From: a virus
Direction: 5' to 3' (one strand)
IMG/VR virus record: IMGVR_UViG_3300004463_001172
Location: 32,001-96,000 of that record
DNA length: 64,000 nt
Each line of letters starts with the position of its first letter. Position 1 is the first letter of the stretch. The notes below the pieces were generated by a model, which made no database searches, was not told the origin of the DNA, and worked only from the letters and a program-made list of their open reading frames with translations. The position numbers and the translations under genes are program-made. Of this stretch, positions 9,642 to 18,674 are shown in pieces.

Positions 9642-10165
9642 TCCGCCAGCCCCTCTGGCGTCTCCTGCACTCCTAAATTCAGTTGGCACCAATGGACGAG
9701 CTTGGAATGAAGGTTCCGATGCTCGATGTTTTCGACTTGTATCCCCCCGCGTGCCCCGAGCAGTTCTGATGTCGCGGCGAGTGCTCCCATATACGGTGCT
9801 GTGCTTTCTACGATGCTGTCGATCCCGAGCCCCCACATGGTACGACTCCGGAAACGGTTGGCCACGCGCTCAACTAACGCCTGAAATGTGCGCTCCGTGG
9901 CATCTGAATCCATCAGTCCATAAGCGCCATAAATGGCAATGGTATGCGTCCGCCAGACCTGTCCTGTGGTCAGCCAGCGCTCTTCCGTATTGAGCCGGGT
10001 GATTTGCCAGAGATTGACGACATTCCCCGACACCCCCAGCGTTTCAAAGTTGGCGTCACTGATCGCCCACCGTAGGTAGTTATGGACCTGCCCAATCCCC
10101 GTGACCCCGCGCACAGCCGTGGCGACTGCGCTGATAATCATCTGGAGCCGTGTCTCAGACGCCAT
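9638..10165 (-). CDS. Tail terminator / tail completion protein
   Basis: MASETRL...GIGQVHNYLRW; position between neck gene and tail tube. Confidence 0.65.
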   Translation of the reverse strand: MASETRLQMIISAVATAVRGVTGIGQVHNYLRWAISDANFETLGVSGNVVNLWQITRLNTEERWLTTGQVWRTHTIAIYGAYGLMDSDATERTFQALVERVANRFRSRTMWGLGIDSIVESTAPYMGALAATSELLGARGGIQVENIEHRNLHSKLVHWCQLNLGVQETPEGLAD

Positions 10166-10424
10166 GTAACGTTCCTGGCAGCGGTGGATGATCAAACTGG
10201 TTCAACATATCCATCCCACGAAGCCACGCTTTATCGATCGTACCTTGGCAGTCTCGTTGAATGGCTTGAGAATCGGTATCTAACGACACCGCATCGGCAT
10301 TGATGTCATTAATAAACTTCTGGTTGGCTAAACAATTGAGCAAGTGTTCAAAAAACTCTCGCGGCACGGCGATAAGGCCTTCAATTGTTCCGGTCCCAAA
10401 CTCACTATTGTTCAATGGCTCCAT
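10155..10424 (-). CDS. Small hypothetical protein (moron between neck and terminator genes)
   Basis: GAGG RBS before MEPLNNSEF; overlaps the start of the downstream gene. Confidence 0.55.
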   Translation of the reverse strand: MEPLNNSEFGTGTIEGLIAVPREFFEHLLNCLANQKFINDINADAVSLDTDSQAIQRDCQGTIDKAWLRGMDMLNQFDHPPLPGTLHGV

Positions 10425-10434
10425 GACGCCTCTC

Positions 10435-10926
10435 TCACCGATCACTCAACGTTTGCTCGACACGTCGCACCGCCGCTTCAATGAAGCGTGGTCCGACGCG
10501 CTCGGCCATTTCGAGCCCCCGGGTAAACATAAAATGCCCATAGCCGCCGCGTTTACTAATGGCTCGTGCTACTAAGAAGGCGATGCGCATCATGGCCTTT
10601 CCACTGACGCCGAACGTGCGATGCACCCATGATTCAATCGGTGCGCGGGGTGGCCAGTGTGGACGGCTGCCATACTCGACCGGCTCCGCATAGGCGAGCG
10701 GTGAGCCGAGAAGTCCAGTAATCTTCGGCCATTGATCCACGACGCGGCCATACACGCTTGCCCGGAGAATGCCTTGATCCACCGGCGTATACTTCACCAC
10801 CTCGGCTTCGGCCGCCGCCATGGTCAATTCCATTCCAGCAATTAGCGCGGGTTTCAGCTCTTCATCGAAGTGGTACAGCAGCCGCTCGGTCTGCCGATCG
10901 ATCTGAATCGTCACGCTTTGCGTCAT
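10435..10926 (-). CDS. HK97 gp10-family neck/tail completion protein
   Basis: TPVDQGILRASV, YAEPVEYGSRPHWPP, ARAISKRG...MF. Confidence 0.85.
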   Translation of the reverse strand: MTQSVTIQIDRQTERLLYHFDEELKPALIAGMELTMAAAEAEVVKYTPVDQGILRASVYGRVVDQWPKITGLLGSPLAYAEPVEYGSRPHWPPRAPIESWVHRTFGVSGKAMMRIAFLVARAISKRGGYGHFMFTRGLEMAERVGPRFIEAAVRRVEQTLSDR

Positions 10927-10938
10927 GCCGTCGCCCCA

Positions 10939-11312
10939 ATAGGAATCTCTGCCAGCAGGCGCTCTAACTCGGTCTGCGGGAGTGGCAGAATCTGAGTTGC
11001 CATAGGCAGGTCTGGTGACCATTCCTGGACGTTCCTACTCGAAATGTTGTATACTACGTCGTACCTCGAAAAGGGGCTGTGCCCGGTATCAAGAGCATGA
11101 GACATGTGGTGCGGGCACGACCGGAGCTGCCCAGAGCGGATCAACACCGCCATGTATGGCTATCGGCTCAGCGTTAAACGAAGGCGTCGCTACACGCCAA
11201 CCTTTTCGGGGTATCCTCCTATAGAAATCTCTGCTAATAGGCGTTCAAGTTCTGCCTGTGGTAACGGCAGGATCTGTGTTGCCATGGGCAAGTCTGGCGA
11301 CAATTCCTGCAC
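10939..11312 (-). repeat. Diverged ~92-bp direct repeat (10939-11030 and 11221-11312) encoding the glycosyltransferase C-terminus twice
   Basis: VQELSPDLPMATQILPLPQAELERLLAEISI versus VQEWSPDLPMATQILPLPQTELERLLAEIPI. Confidence 0.9.
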
Positions 11313-12491
11313 ACTACCGCTTGCCTGATCATCAGGGCCATTGACTTCGGCCTGCTGTCGCATCTCCGCCACTTGCGCTTCGAGTACCCGACAGGCCGTT
11401 TCAATCTCCGGTGAGGGTCGCCACTGATAAGCCCGTTGCGCATGCACAAAGGCTTTCTCGGGCATCCCTAGCCGGTCATAGAGTAGGGTTAAGCGCCAAT
11501 GCGGCCAGTAGGTATAGATCGGGCCTTGCAGAAAGAGGCTCGAGACCGGCGGCGGCATCTCCCCGGCGATACTGTACCAATGCAGCGCTTCCCCGAGACG
11601 GCCATCGGCTAAGGCACAATCGCCCAGGTGGGCATAGGCTTCGGCCCGCTGCCATTGGCCGGGCTCGCGTAAGGCTTGCCAGACATACTCTTGCGCGTGT
11701 GGAATATCGCCCGCGAGGCACCGGAGGAGCGAGAGATGAATCAAGGCTTGATAGCGCTCCTCTGGCCAGGTCGAGCGTTCAAGGTAGGCGAGATAGGCGG
11801 CTTCGGCGCCGGCGAAATCACCGCTGTCCTGTAATGTATTTCCCTTATAAAACAATGGTCTAGCGTCATTTATGTTGGCATCAGCGGCAGCGGTTAAATT
11901 GGGGATATTCATATCGATCCGCTGTTGCTCACGGAAGGCTCTTTTACGGGGCTTCTGTCGATGATGGACGATGAGTGTATGTACCAGGAGTTGCTTGTCG
12001 GCTGGACATTGCAGGACGTTATGGGAAGCTCCTTCATAACGAATCTTCGGGTCATTCTTGATGAGAAACGCGCGAGGATAAAACATCGCGGGAATCCCAA
12101 ATTCGCACTCGTCCAAATAGACGACACTGTTCACGAGCGCGAACGGTTCATGGGGCTGATCTAGCCAACTTTGGACGATACTTCGGCTTCGAACGTCGAG
12201 AACGTCGTCTCCATCAAGGCTGATAGCCCAGGTCGCATCAGGGAAATGGTCGAGTGCAATGTCTAAAACCGTGTTCCGAGCGAAGGCAAACGAGTTTTCC
12301 CACTGAAAGTAGAAGTAGTAACCGGGTTGGTCTTTGAGGAAATCTCTCACAAGAGTTTCGGTGTTATCCGTGGTGGCGAGGTCAAAGCCAATGCAGTAAT
12401 AGTCAAATAACCCCCACACGCTCGTTAGCGCACGGATAATATTTTCCGATTCGTCGCGTAAGATCATACAGAGCGTTGATTTTACTGGCAT
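11190..12491 (-). CDS. GT2-type glycosyltransferase with C-terminal TPRs
   Basis: LCMILRDE, TTDNT, WENSFAFARN, LDGDD, followed by TPR-like helices; RBS GAGGA before MPVK. Confidence 0.88.
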   Translation of the reverse strand: MPVKSTLCMILRDESENIIRALTSVWGLFDYYCIGFDLATTDNTETLVRDFLKDQPGYYFYFQWENSFAFARNTVLDIALDHFPDATWAISLDGDDVLDVRSRSIVQSWLDQPHEPFALVNSVVYLDECEFGIPAMFYPRAFLIKNDPKIRYEGASHNVLQCPADKQLLVHTLIVHHRQKPRKRAFREQQRIDMNIPNLTAAADANINDARPLFYKGNTLQDSGDFAGAEAAYLAYLERSTWPEERYQALIHLSLLRCLAGDIPHAQEYVWQALREPGQWQRAEAYAHLGDCALADGRLGEALHWYSIAGEMPPPVSSLFLQGPIYTYWPHWRLTLLYDRLGMPEKAFVHAQRAYQWRPSPEIETACRVLEAQVAEMRQQAEVNGPDDQASGSVQELSPDLPMATQILPLPQAELERLLAEISIGGYPEKVGV

Positions 12492-12524
12492 TATTTCCTC
12501 TATTAATCGTTCCCGTCTAAGCCC

Positions 12525-12570
12525 AAAAAGAAAGCGCCGTTCCCCTTGTACAAGGAAGGGCGCTTTCTTA
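12525..12570 (-). terminator. Intrinsic terminator-like hairpin, possibly bidirectional
   Basis: AAGAAAGCGCC...GGCGCTTTCTT stem followed by a U tract on the minus strand. Confidence 0.65.
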
Positions 12571-12650
12571 TGGCTTTCACCCGAGCAGCTCATGACTTCT
12601 GCTCGTTGGGCGCGTCAAATGTCTTACGTCGTTAACTAGGAGAAAGCATC

Positions 12651-13064
12651 ATGTACATACCGAGTGGCGTAGCGATTGAAGATAAGATTGTTGCTCATCT
12701 CTCCTCATTTCGTCAGGAGGTTCAGCTACTCTTCCCCTACGATCTAAGCATTCGTTGTTGTGACCGGATGATTCCGACGAATCATATGTGTGATGAGCGT
12801 TTCCGGTCGATTGAATTAATCGGCCCCCATCAGGTCGCGTATGCCTGGCACGTAATCCCCTATCCACGCCGACCTCGTATCCTCGCTATCCAGTTTTCTA
12901 CGGCGCTGATTGTACATACCGAACTATGGATCACATTAGCGGACCCACGACTCCTCTCCCAGACCCGTGACCTGTTACATCGTCTCCAAGAGATGCTCCA
13001 CATCACAGATGGTAATGATTATGCTCTCCAGTGTCTCTTTCCTGATCCTGCGCTCAACGTGTAA
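12651..13064 (+). CDS. Hypothetical protein, antisense moron
   Basis: AGGAG RBS; fills the gap between minus-strand genes. Confidence 0.6.
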   Translation: MYIPSGVAIEDKIVAHLSSFRQEVQLLFPYDLSIRCCDRMIPTNHMCDERFRSIELIGPHQVAYAWHVIPYPRRPRILAIQFSTALIVHTELWITLADPRLLSQTRDLLHRLQEMLHITDGNDYALQCLFPDPALNV

Positions 13065-13078
13065 ATAACTTTAAGACC

Positions 13079-13315
13079 CTAACACCACATGTCTTCAGGG
13101 GCTGGCGCTTCATGCGCTTCAAAACTCACCCCGACAACAAATTCTTGTGTAGTGCGGTTCCAGGCCGTGGTATGCACGTGCCACCGCGTCTGCTGACAGA
13201 CAATCCGTGCGCCCGGCATATAGGTCTCGTAGAGGGCTAAGCGCTCTTCTGCCGCAAACTCTTGGGTTTCAATCGTGTGACCATTGTCGCGGTTGCGGAT
13301 TGTGAGGTGTGCCAT
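13079..13315 (-). CDS. Hypothetical protein
   Basis: 78-aa ORF with AGGA RBS right after the radical SAM gene. Confidence 0.55.
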   Translation of the reverse strand: MAHLTIRNRDNGHTIETQEFAAEERLALYETYMPGARIVCQQTRWHVHTTAWNRTTQEFVVGVSFEAHEAPAPEDMWC

Positions 13316-13325
13316 CGCATCCTAC

Positions 13326-14435
13326 TTAGACAAAGTTCACGTGGGCCGGCGCCGGGTGAATAGCGTCAACAATCGCCCGATTCTTTTGATTGAACTGGCA
13401 GACCTGACAACTCGTGGCCTTGAAGTCGCCATAGGCGGCGTGTTTTTGCTCGGAATGAAACCAGTCGATGAAGCGCTGGTGCGTAAGGTCGCCGACTTCG
13501 CCATGCTTGGTATAGGCGGTTGAGCAGCACCTATAAATTCGTAAATCTCCACCGATATACATATTGAATTGCTGATACCCGCAGAACTCGTAATCGGGGG
13601 CATGTTGCTGGAGGTCGCGAATCCGGTCGCCAAACATATTCACGAGACGAAAGGTATCATCCTGCAGTGTCATGGCCTTCTCAATCGCTTCGCCAATCAC
13701 GGCAATCATCTCGCCATAGTACGCATCTCCCGCCTGGCTAAACATGGCCGAGAGCCGCACATTATGCGCGCCAGCGTCCTTCATCTGCCGTACTCCGTCG
13801 CACAACTCAGCCCAGTTTTCCAGCGTAATCACGTACCCACAGCCCAGGAGACAGGGACTGTGCGCCAAGTCAATTTGGGTTCGGATCGCCATCACATGGC
13901 GCAAGGCCGTGCTAAAGTATCGTGGGTTGACCTGGCGGATGGCGGCATAGGTCTCGGGGCTTCCCGCATCAATCGAGACGCGAATCCACGCCATTGCGGC
14001 ATAGACCGATTCCCAACCTGGTCGTAAGACCACCCCATTGGTCACAAGCGCTGTTTCCATCCCTAACCGCTGTGCGTTGGTAAAGAGGTGTAAGTGGTCC
14101 GGATGGACGGTCGGCTCCCCACCACCCGTAAATTGGATCGCCTTGACACCCAGTGTGGCGCAATCCTGAAGAATTTCGAGGGCCTTAACCGTCGGAATCA
14201 TCCGGTTCGGATTGACATTGAGCTGGCCATGTTCATAGACGCCAAACTGTTCCGAGGATAGGCCATCTGGACGCCTGTACGCACAGAAACGGCAGCTTTG
14301 CTGGCAAAAATCGCTCAAAATTATTTGACATTGCGTCGGAATGATTTGTTGTCCTTGACGTAATTCAGCAATCTTCTCTATATGCCATAACGCTTTCTCG
14401 CTTGAATAGGCTTGATCGGATCGAGAAATACTCAT
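13326..14435 (-). CDS. Radical SAM / SPASM-twitch domain protein
   Basis: CQQSCRFC, FTGGGEP, LVTNG, RVSIDAG, and C-terminal C...IYRCC...G...CQVC. Confidence 0.92.
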   Translation of the reverse strand: MSISRSDQAYSSEKALWHIEKIAELRQGQQIIPTQCQIILSDFCQQSCRFCAYRRPDGLSSEQFGVYEHGQLNVNPNRMIPTVKALEILQDCATLGVKAIQFTGGGEPTVHPDHLHLFTNAQRLGMETALVTNGVVLRPGWESVYAAMAWIRVSIDAGSPETYAAIRQVNPRYFSTALRHVMAIRTQIDLAHSPCLLGCGYVITLENWAELCDGVRQMKDAGAHNVRLSAMFSQAGDAYYGEMIAVIGEAIEKAMTLQDDTFRLVNMFGDRIRDLQQHAPDYEFCGYQQFNMYIGGDLRIYRCCSTAYTKHGEVGDLTHQRFIDWFHSEQKHAAYGDFKATSCQVCQFNQKNRAIVDAIHPAPAHVNFV

Positions 14436-14448
14436 CTATCCCTCAAAG

Positions 14449-14518
14449 AGGCTAGTCAAGCGGAGCGGTGCTTAGCTGAGTCAAGCCAAGTCGAGCAAAG
14501 CCCAGCATAGCAAAGGAT
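14449..14518. repeat. Pentamer-period array, 14 units, AGY-NN on the plus strand
   Basis: aggct agtca agcgg agcgg tgctt agctg agtca agcca agtcg agcaa agccc agcat agcaa aggat. Confidence 0.85.
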
Positions 14519-14521
14519 ATT

Positions 14522-14560
14522 ACGTATAGGCTGGCAATCGGTATTTGCTAGCCTATACGT
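14522..14560. terminator. Long hairpin abutting the pentamer array
   Basis: ACGTATAGGCTGGCAA...TTGCTAGCCTATACGT inverted repeat. Confidence 0.6.
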
Positions 14561-14561
14561 T

Positions 14562-15143
14562 TCATGTCCTAGTCCAAATAGCATAAAAAGCACCAAACGG
14601 CTCTACCTTTCGCCCATGGTCATCGGTATCATGATATTTTTCACAGCAAAGACATACCCACTTATCACCATTAAAATCATTTGGCTCCCAGCCACTTAGA
14701 TGATTTTGCCAGTGACCTCCGCCCATACCCCACGCATCTGGACGACCATCATAATTCTGTTCATGAAACCCTAATGGTGTAAACACACAAATTTGTTGTC
14801 GTGCCAGGCGTTCGGCTTCACGGAGTAACCGTCGACCCTCGGGTTTCTCTAAATGCTCAATCACATCACCTGCCACGACCGTATCCACCGACTGATCGGG
14901 AAAGATCCGCATCACCTGATCCCATGTTCCATGTAACAACACATGATGTGGGACATCGGGGCAGGCCTCGCGCAGCCGAGCAATATACGGCGCATACGGC
15001 TCAATGCCGATATGGAGTTGACAGCGCACCAGCTGCTGGGGGCGAATGCCAATGCCCACATCAAGCACTACTGGCGCTGGCCGCAACTGCGCTTGCGCCG
15101 CATCTACCAATGCATCTGCCGAATACCAGGTTATGGCCGACAT
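14562..15143 (-). CDS. Class I SAM-dependent methyltransferase
   Basis: VLDVGIGIRPQ motif I; SVDTVVAGDVIEHL; FTPLG. Confidence 0.85.
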   Translation of the reverse strand: MSAITWYSADALVDAAQAQLRPAPVVLDVGIGIRPQQLVRCQLHIGIEPYAPYIARLREACPDVPHHVLLHGTWDQVMRIFPDQSVDTVVAGDVIEHLEKPEGRRLLREAERLARQQICVFTPLGFHEQNYDGRPDAWGMGGGHWQNHLSGWEPNDFNGDKWVCLCCEKYHDTDDHGRKVEPFGAFYAIWTRT

Positions 15144-15730
15144 CTACCTTTCTCTAGATCCACCAGGCACACATGCATCGGGCGGTCCTGCCGTGCGCCG
15201 AGGCGTGAGGTGAGCCCGGTTAGCAACGGCTCTTTGCGTTCACAGGTGGCCCCGAGCCAATCTTCTAAGACCGGAATACTGACCGATGGCCCATACAGCC
15301 GCTCGACATCACACGTGATCATCAGTCGGCCGCCCGGTTCGACTTGCGCCCACAGATGGTTCAACACGGTCGGATGCCATGCGGGTGGAATCTCTTCCAG
15401 GTAACTAATGGCGAGTACCATCGCAAAGGCTTGGTGAAAGGGCTGACGGATGTCATGCTGACGAAAGTTGGGCATCACTGAAAAGGTTGGCGTGGCCTGA
15501 CTATCGCTATGCAGCACTTGCGGTACGAGAGCTTCGATGGCCTCAGCAAAGGGGCGCTGAAAGGCTTCAAAGCCACACCCGGTATTATGGAGGCTGTGAG
15601 GCTTCACCGCTTCAATGACCGCGAGTGCGTAGGGCCACTCATAGGCCCGTGACCAATCCTGCCACTGTGGGTCAAAGAGGTCATCTGAGCGAAGTAATCG
15701 AAAGGCGTGAATCATGGCATCAGTCGGCAT
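15131..15730 (-). CDS. Methyltransferase-like protein
   Basis: WSRAYEWPY, HNTGCG, ISYLEE, PGGRLMITCD. Confidence 0.7.
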   Translation of the reverse strand: MPTDAMIHAFRLLRSDDLFDPQWQDWSRAYEWPYALAVIEAVKPHSLHNTGCGFEAFQRPFAEAIEALVPQVLHSDSQATPTFSVMPNFRQHDIRQPFHQAFAMVLAISYLEEIPPAWHPTVLNHLWAQVEPGGRLMITCDVERLYGPSVSIPVLEDWLGATCERKEPLLTGLTSRLGARQDRPMHVCLVDLEKGRCRP

Positions 15731-16551
15731 TAATCTTCATAGCTCCCCAGCGGTAATTGGCCCCAGCTCTGGTGGTTGCGTACTACATCTTCCGGACGGC
15801 CGTCATAGGTCGCCCCCGCATGGGGCCATGTGCCCGATTTCGTCCAGAGTGGACAGGGACATCCGCGATAACACAGCGGATCGTGTTGGTCGTGGTATTG
15901 ATGGGCTCCCCAGATATCAGGCGCATTGATGGCATAGACACCTTGGGTCTGTAATCTGACCCACGCATCCTCGTCCTCTGGCCAGGGCTCCGTGTAGCTT
16001 TCATCATATCCGCCAATCTCTAGCAGGCGCTGTTTGTGAATCGCAGCGAGCATCGGCACATGCCAGTAGCTGGAATGATGAAAGGGCGAGACAAATAACT
16101 CCTCAATCCGCGAAAAATCCTGCGTCCAGGGAATATGATCCAGGAGCGCTTCCGTCATTGGTGAATGCACCCGGTAGCAATTGGCGAAGATATACGCCTG
16201 CACGTCTGCATCCGCGAGATAACTGGCAAACAGTTCCAAGGCATTCGGCGCGGCCATGACATCAGCCCCCTGAAAGACGAGGATTTCCGCCTGGGCTCGC
16301 TGAATCCCCACGTTCCAGGCTAATGCTGGGTTGCAGTAATAGGGTCGATGGAGATAGATATAGCGCAGCGGGAAGGCATCTGACTTTCGGGCCTCATCCA
16401 CCACACGCTTGGTGTCATCGGTCGAGCCGTCATCGATCACGATGGCCTCAAAACGGCTGTGTGCGTAGGTCTGCACGCTCAGTGACAAGAGATTCCGTCG
16501 TAGGTGCGCCGCCCGATTAAAGCTTGGAATAATGACGGAAAAGTCCGGCAT
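15730..16551 (-). CDS. GT2 family glycosyltransferase
   Basis: SVIIPSFNR, IDDGSTDD, AWNVGI, IGGYDESY...ED. Confidence 0.92.
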   Translation of the reverse strand: MPDFSVIIPSFNRAAHLRRNLLSLSVQTYAHSRFEAIVIDDGSTDDTKRVVDEARKSDAFPLRYIYLHRPYYCNPALAWNVGIQRAQAEILVFQGADVMAAPNALELFASYLADADVQAYIFANCYRVHSPMTEALLDHIPWTQDFSRIEELFVSPFHHSSYWHVPMLAAIHKQRLLEIGGYDESYTEPWPEDEDAWVRLQTQGVYAINAPDIWGAHQYHDQHDPLCYRGCPCPLWTKSGTWPHAGATYDGRPEDVVRNHQSWGQLPLGSYED

Positions 16552-16988
16552 TACGTTGCGTCCTCCCCCTCTGCTTCCGTCGGTGGCTCCGGGATCGGCA
16601 GGGTCATCGGGTCTGCACTATACTGCGCCTGGCGGGAGCGAAAGAGATTACCGACGACGTTTAATTCATCGGTTACTTGATCGGCCTGGGCTTTAACTTG
16701 CTCTCGGTTCGTCTCAAGCCATTCCTGGATTTCCTGCTGCACCAGCTCCGACGGTTCCACCAGCATCTCTGGGTAGCCATCGGCTTCCAGCGCGTCATAG
16801 GCTTGCACCATCGTATCCATTAGGGCTAAGCGCGTGCGATGGCGGCCGATCTGCGCATTCACTGTGGCCTTGGCCTCATCGCTGATATTCATGGTTAAGA
16901 GGCGTTGCAAGCCATTGAGCTGGGCCAGCATCTGCGCCCGGTCCTGCTCGACGTGCTCATAATTACGTGGGTGGCGCTCCTGCTCCAT
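16551..16988 (-). CDS. Acidic coiled-coil hypothetical protein
   Basis: GGAGGAG RBS; stop overlaps the GT2 start. Confidence 0.7.
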   Translation of the reverse strand: MEQERHPRNYEHVEQDRAQMLAQLNGLQRLLTMNISDEAKATVNAQIGRHRTRLALMDTMVQAYDALEADGYPEMLVEPSELVQQEIQEWLETNREQVKAQADQVTDELNVVGNLFRSRQAQYSADPMTLPIPEPPTEAEGEDAT

Positions 16989-17005
16989 CGTGCACTCCTC
17001 CCGGG

Positions 17006-17326
17006 CTAGGTTCGTCGAATGGTGACTAAGGCGCGTTCGCCGATAATGCGTGCCGTATCCTCGCCATACGCGGCTTTGATCCGGCTCAACTCGGCAATCA
17101 CCATGTTGAGCGCTGCGGCCACATCAGCATCCCGGTCAGGGGGTTCTGGCGCGGCTGGGGCGTCTGGTGTCTCAACCGGCCAATCGAGAGTATCTGTGCT
17201 GAGCGTGGCATCAGGCATGGGTTCCCCATGGCCTACGGCGTGAATCGTGGCGAGGTCTGGTGTCACGCCTTCTGACACCTCTGGTTCATCGCCTTTACTG
17301 CGGTCGCGTGATCCGGGGTCTCTCAT
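17006..17326 (-). CDS. Acidic, Pro-rich hypothetical protein
   Basis: GGAGG RBS; ATGA overlap with the radical SAM stop. Confidence 0.65.
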   Translation of the reverse strand: MRDPGSRDRSKGDEPEVSEGVTPDLATIHAVGHGEPMPDATLSTDTLDWPVETPDAPAAPEPPDRDADVAAALNMVIAELSRIKAAYGEDTARIIGERALVTIRRT

Positions 17327-18654
17327 GAATTCACCTCCGTTAAGGTGTTTGGACATTGTACCGATGGCTGCTTTGTGGCATAAAACGCTTCAATCCAGGC
17401 GAGGAGTTCATCGCGGAGGACCAACGTCTCATCGGTCCACCACGGCAACCTCTGATCGCCGCCTTTCCCTTGTACTCCGTTATGGTACAACTGCTCGTAG
17501 TGCGGTACCCAGCCGAGGTCAATAGCACGCTGGTAGATGGGCGTGCCTGGCAGTGGGATGAGGGTAGAAATCTGTGCGGAATCGGGCTGGGCGTCTTCAA
17601 TCCAGCGCCTCGTGGCTTCCATACTCTGCCGATCATCCCCTTCCATGCCAAAGATGAGATAGGCTTTCACGGCAATGCCCACGTCATGGCAGGCCTGCAC
17701 CGCTTTGGTATTCAGCTCAACCGTATTTTTGCTAATGGCGTCGAGGATCCGCTGGTCTCCGCTTTCAAACCCGAACGAAATGCAATCAATTCCCGCCCGT
17801 TTCATCTCAGGTAACAGATCATAGTGCAACACATTCGCTCGCATGTTGACTCGGAAATGATATGACTCTTTAGCCAACACACGGCAAAACTCTTCCACCC
17901 ACGACCGCTTCAAACCCCAGAGATCATCAACCGCGACAAACCGTTTCAATCCATAGGTACATTCCAGGTCTTGTAGTTCTTCAACCACCAAGCGTACAGA
18001 CCGCACGCGAAGCTTCCGGGCCGCGTCCCCCAATGTCCTGACGCAATATGCGCAATTGAACGGACAGCCTCTTGAGCATAACAGTGTGCTACTGAAGCCG
18101 TTTCCAACTGTCAAATTACTGCAATAACTACTGAGATCCACTAAATCTCTGGCCGGCAGCGGTAACACATCAAGGTTCTGCGGTGCCGACGCATGGAACA
18201 CCCCAGGCGACCCGCCTTCCTGAATCCAGCGCGGGAGCACATGATCGGCTTCCCCGACAAACACGGCGTCAAAGCCATCCTGCAGGCATTCATGCGGTAG
18301 TGCACTGGCATGGGGCCCACCAATAATGATTCTCCAATGTGGATTCTTCCATTTAAGAGCTGTCTGAACGTTGATAGCACTGGAATATTGGGCCGAGGTA
18401 CAGGTCAAACCAAATACTGTATTATCTGGCTGCTCTTCAATCCATGCTGGCAACCTGAGATAGCCTTGTCGGACAAAAGCGTCTGGCATGACCCCGAACT
18501 GTCGTGCGAGAAAGTCATCCCCTGTCATATCCCAGAATGCCACATCTCCACCAGAGGCCCGGACTTCCGCCGCGAGCATGAGTAGCCCTAATGGCGGTGC
18601 TCCCTTATCTGAGACCAAGAACGGCGAACATGGGTTAATAAAAATGATGCGCAA
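17323..18654 (-). CDS. Cobalamin-binding (class B-like) radical SAM protein
   Basis: PPLGLLMLAA, IIGGPHAS, VGEAD, LPARDL, SRGCPFNCAYC, GFESG, PLPGTPIY. Confidence 0.93.
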   Translation of the reverse strand: MRIIFINPCSPFLVSDKGAPPLGLLMLAAEVRASGGDVAFWDMTGDDFLARQFGVMPDAFVRQGYLRLPAWIEEQPDNTVFGLTCTSAQYSSAINVQTALKWKNPHWRIIIGGPHASALPHECLQDGFDAVFVGEADHVLPRWIQEGGSPGVFHASAPQNLDVLPLPARDLVDLSSYCSNLTVGNGFSSTLLCSRGCPFNCAYCVRTLGDAARKLRVRSVRLVVEELQDLECTYGLKRFVAVDDLWGLKRSWVEEFCRVLAKESYHFRVNMRANVLHYDLLPEMKRAGIDCISFGFESGDQRILDAISKNTVELNTKAVQACHDVGIAVKAYLIFGMEGDDRQSMEATRRWIEDAQPDSAQISTLIPLPGTPIYQRAIDLGWVPHYEQLYHNGVQGKGGDQRLPWWTDETLVLRDELLAWIEAFYATKQPSVQCPNTLTEVNS

Positions 18655-18674
18655 TGCTTCTTATCCTCGTTTAG

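Noticed and set aside
10939-11312. Possible DGR template/variable repeat pair
   Set aside because: Mismatches are mostly synonymous and not adenine-specific, and no reverse transcriptase is in the window.
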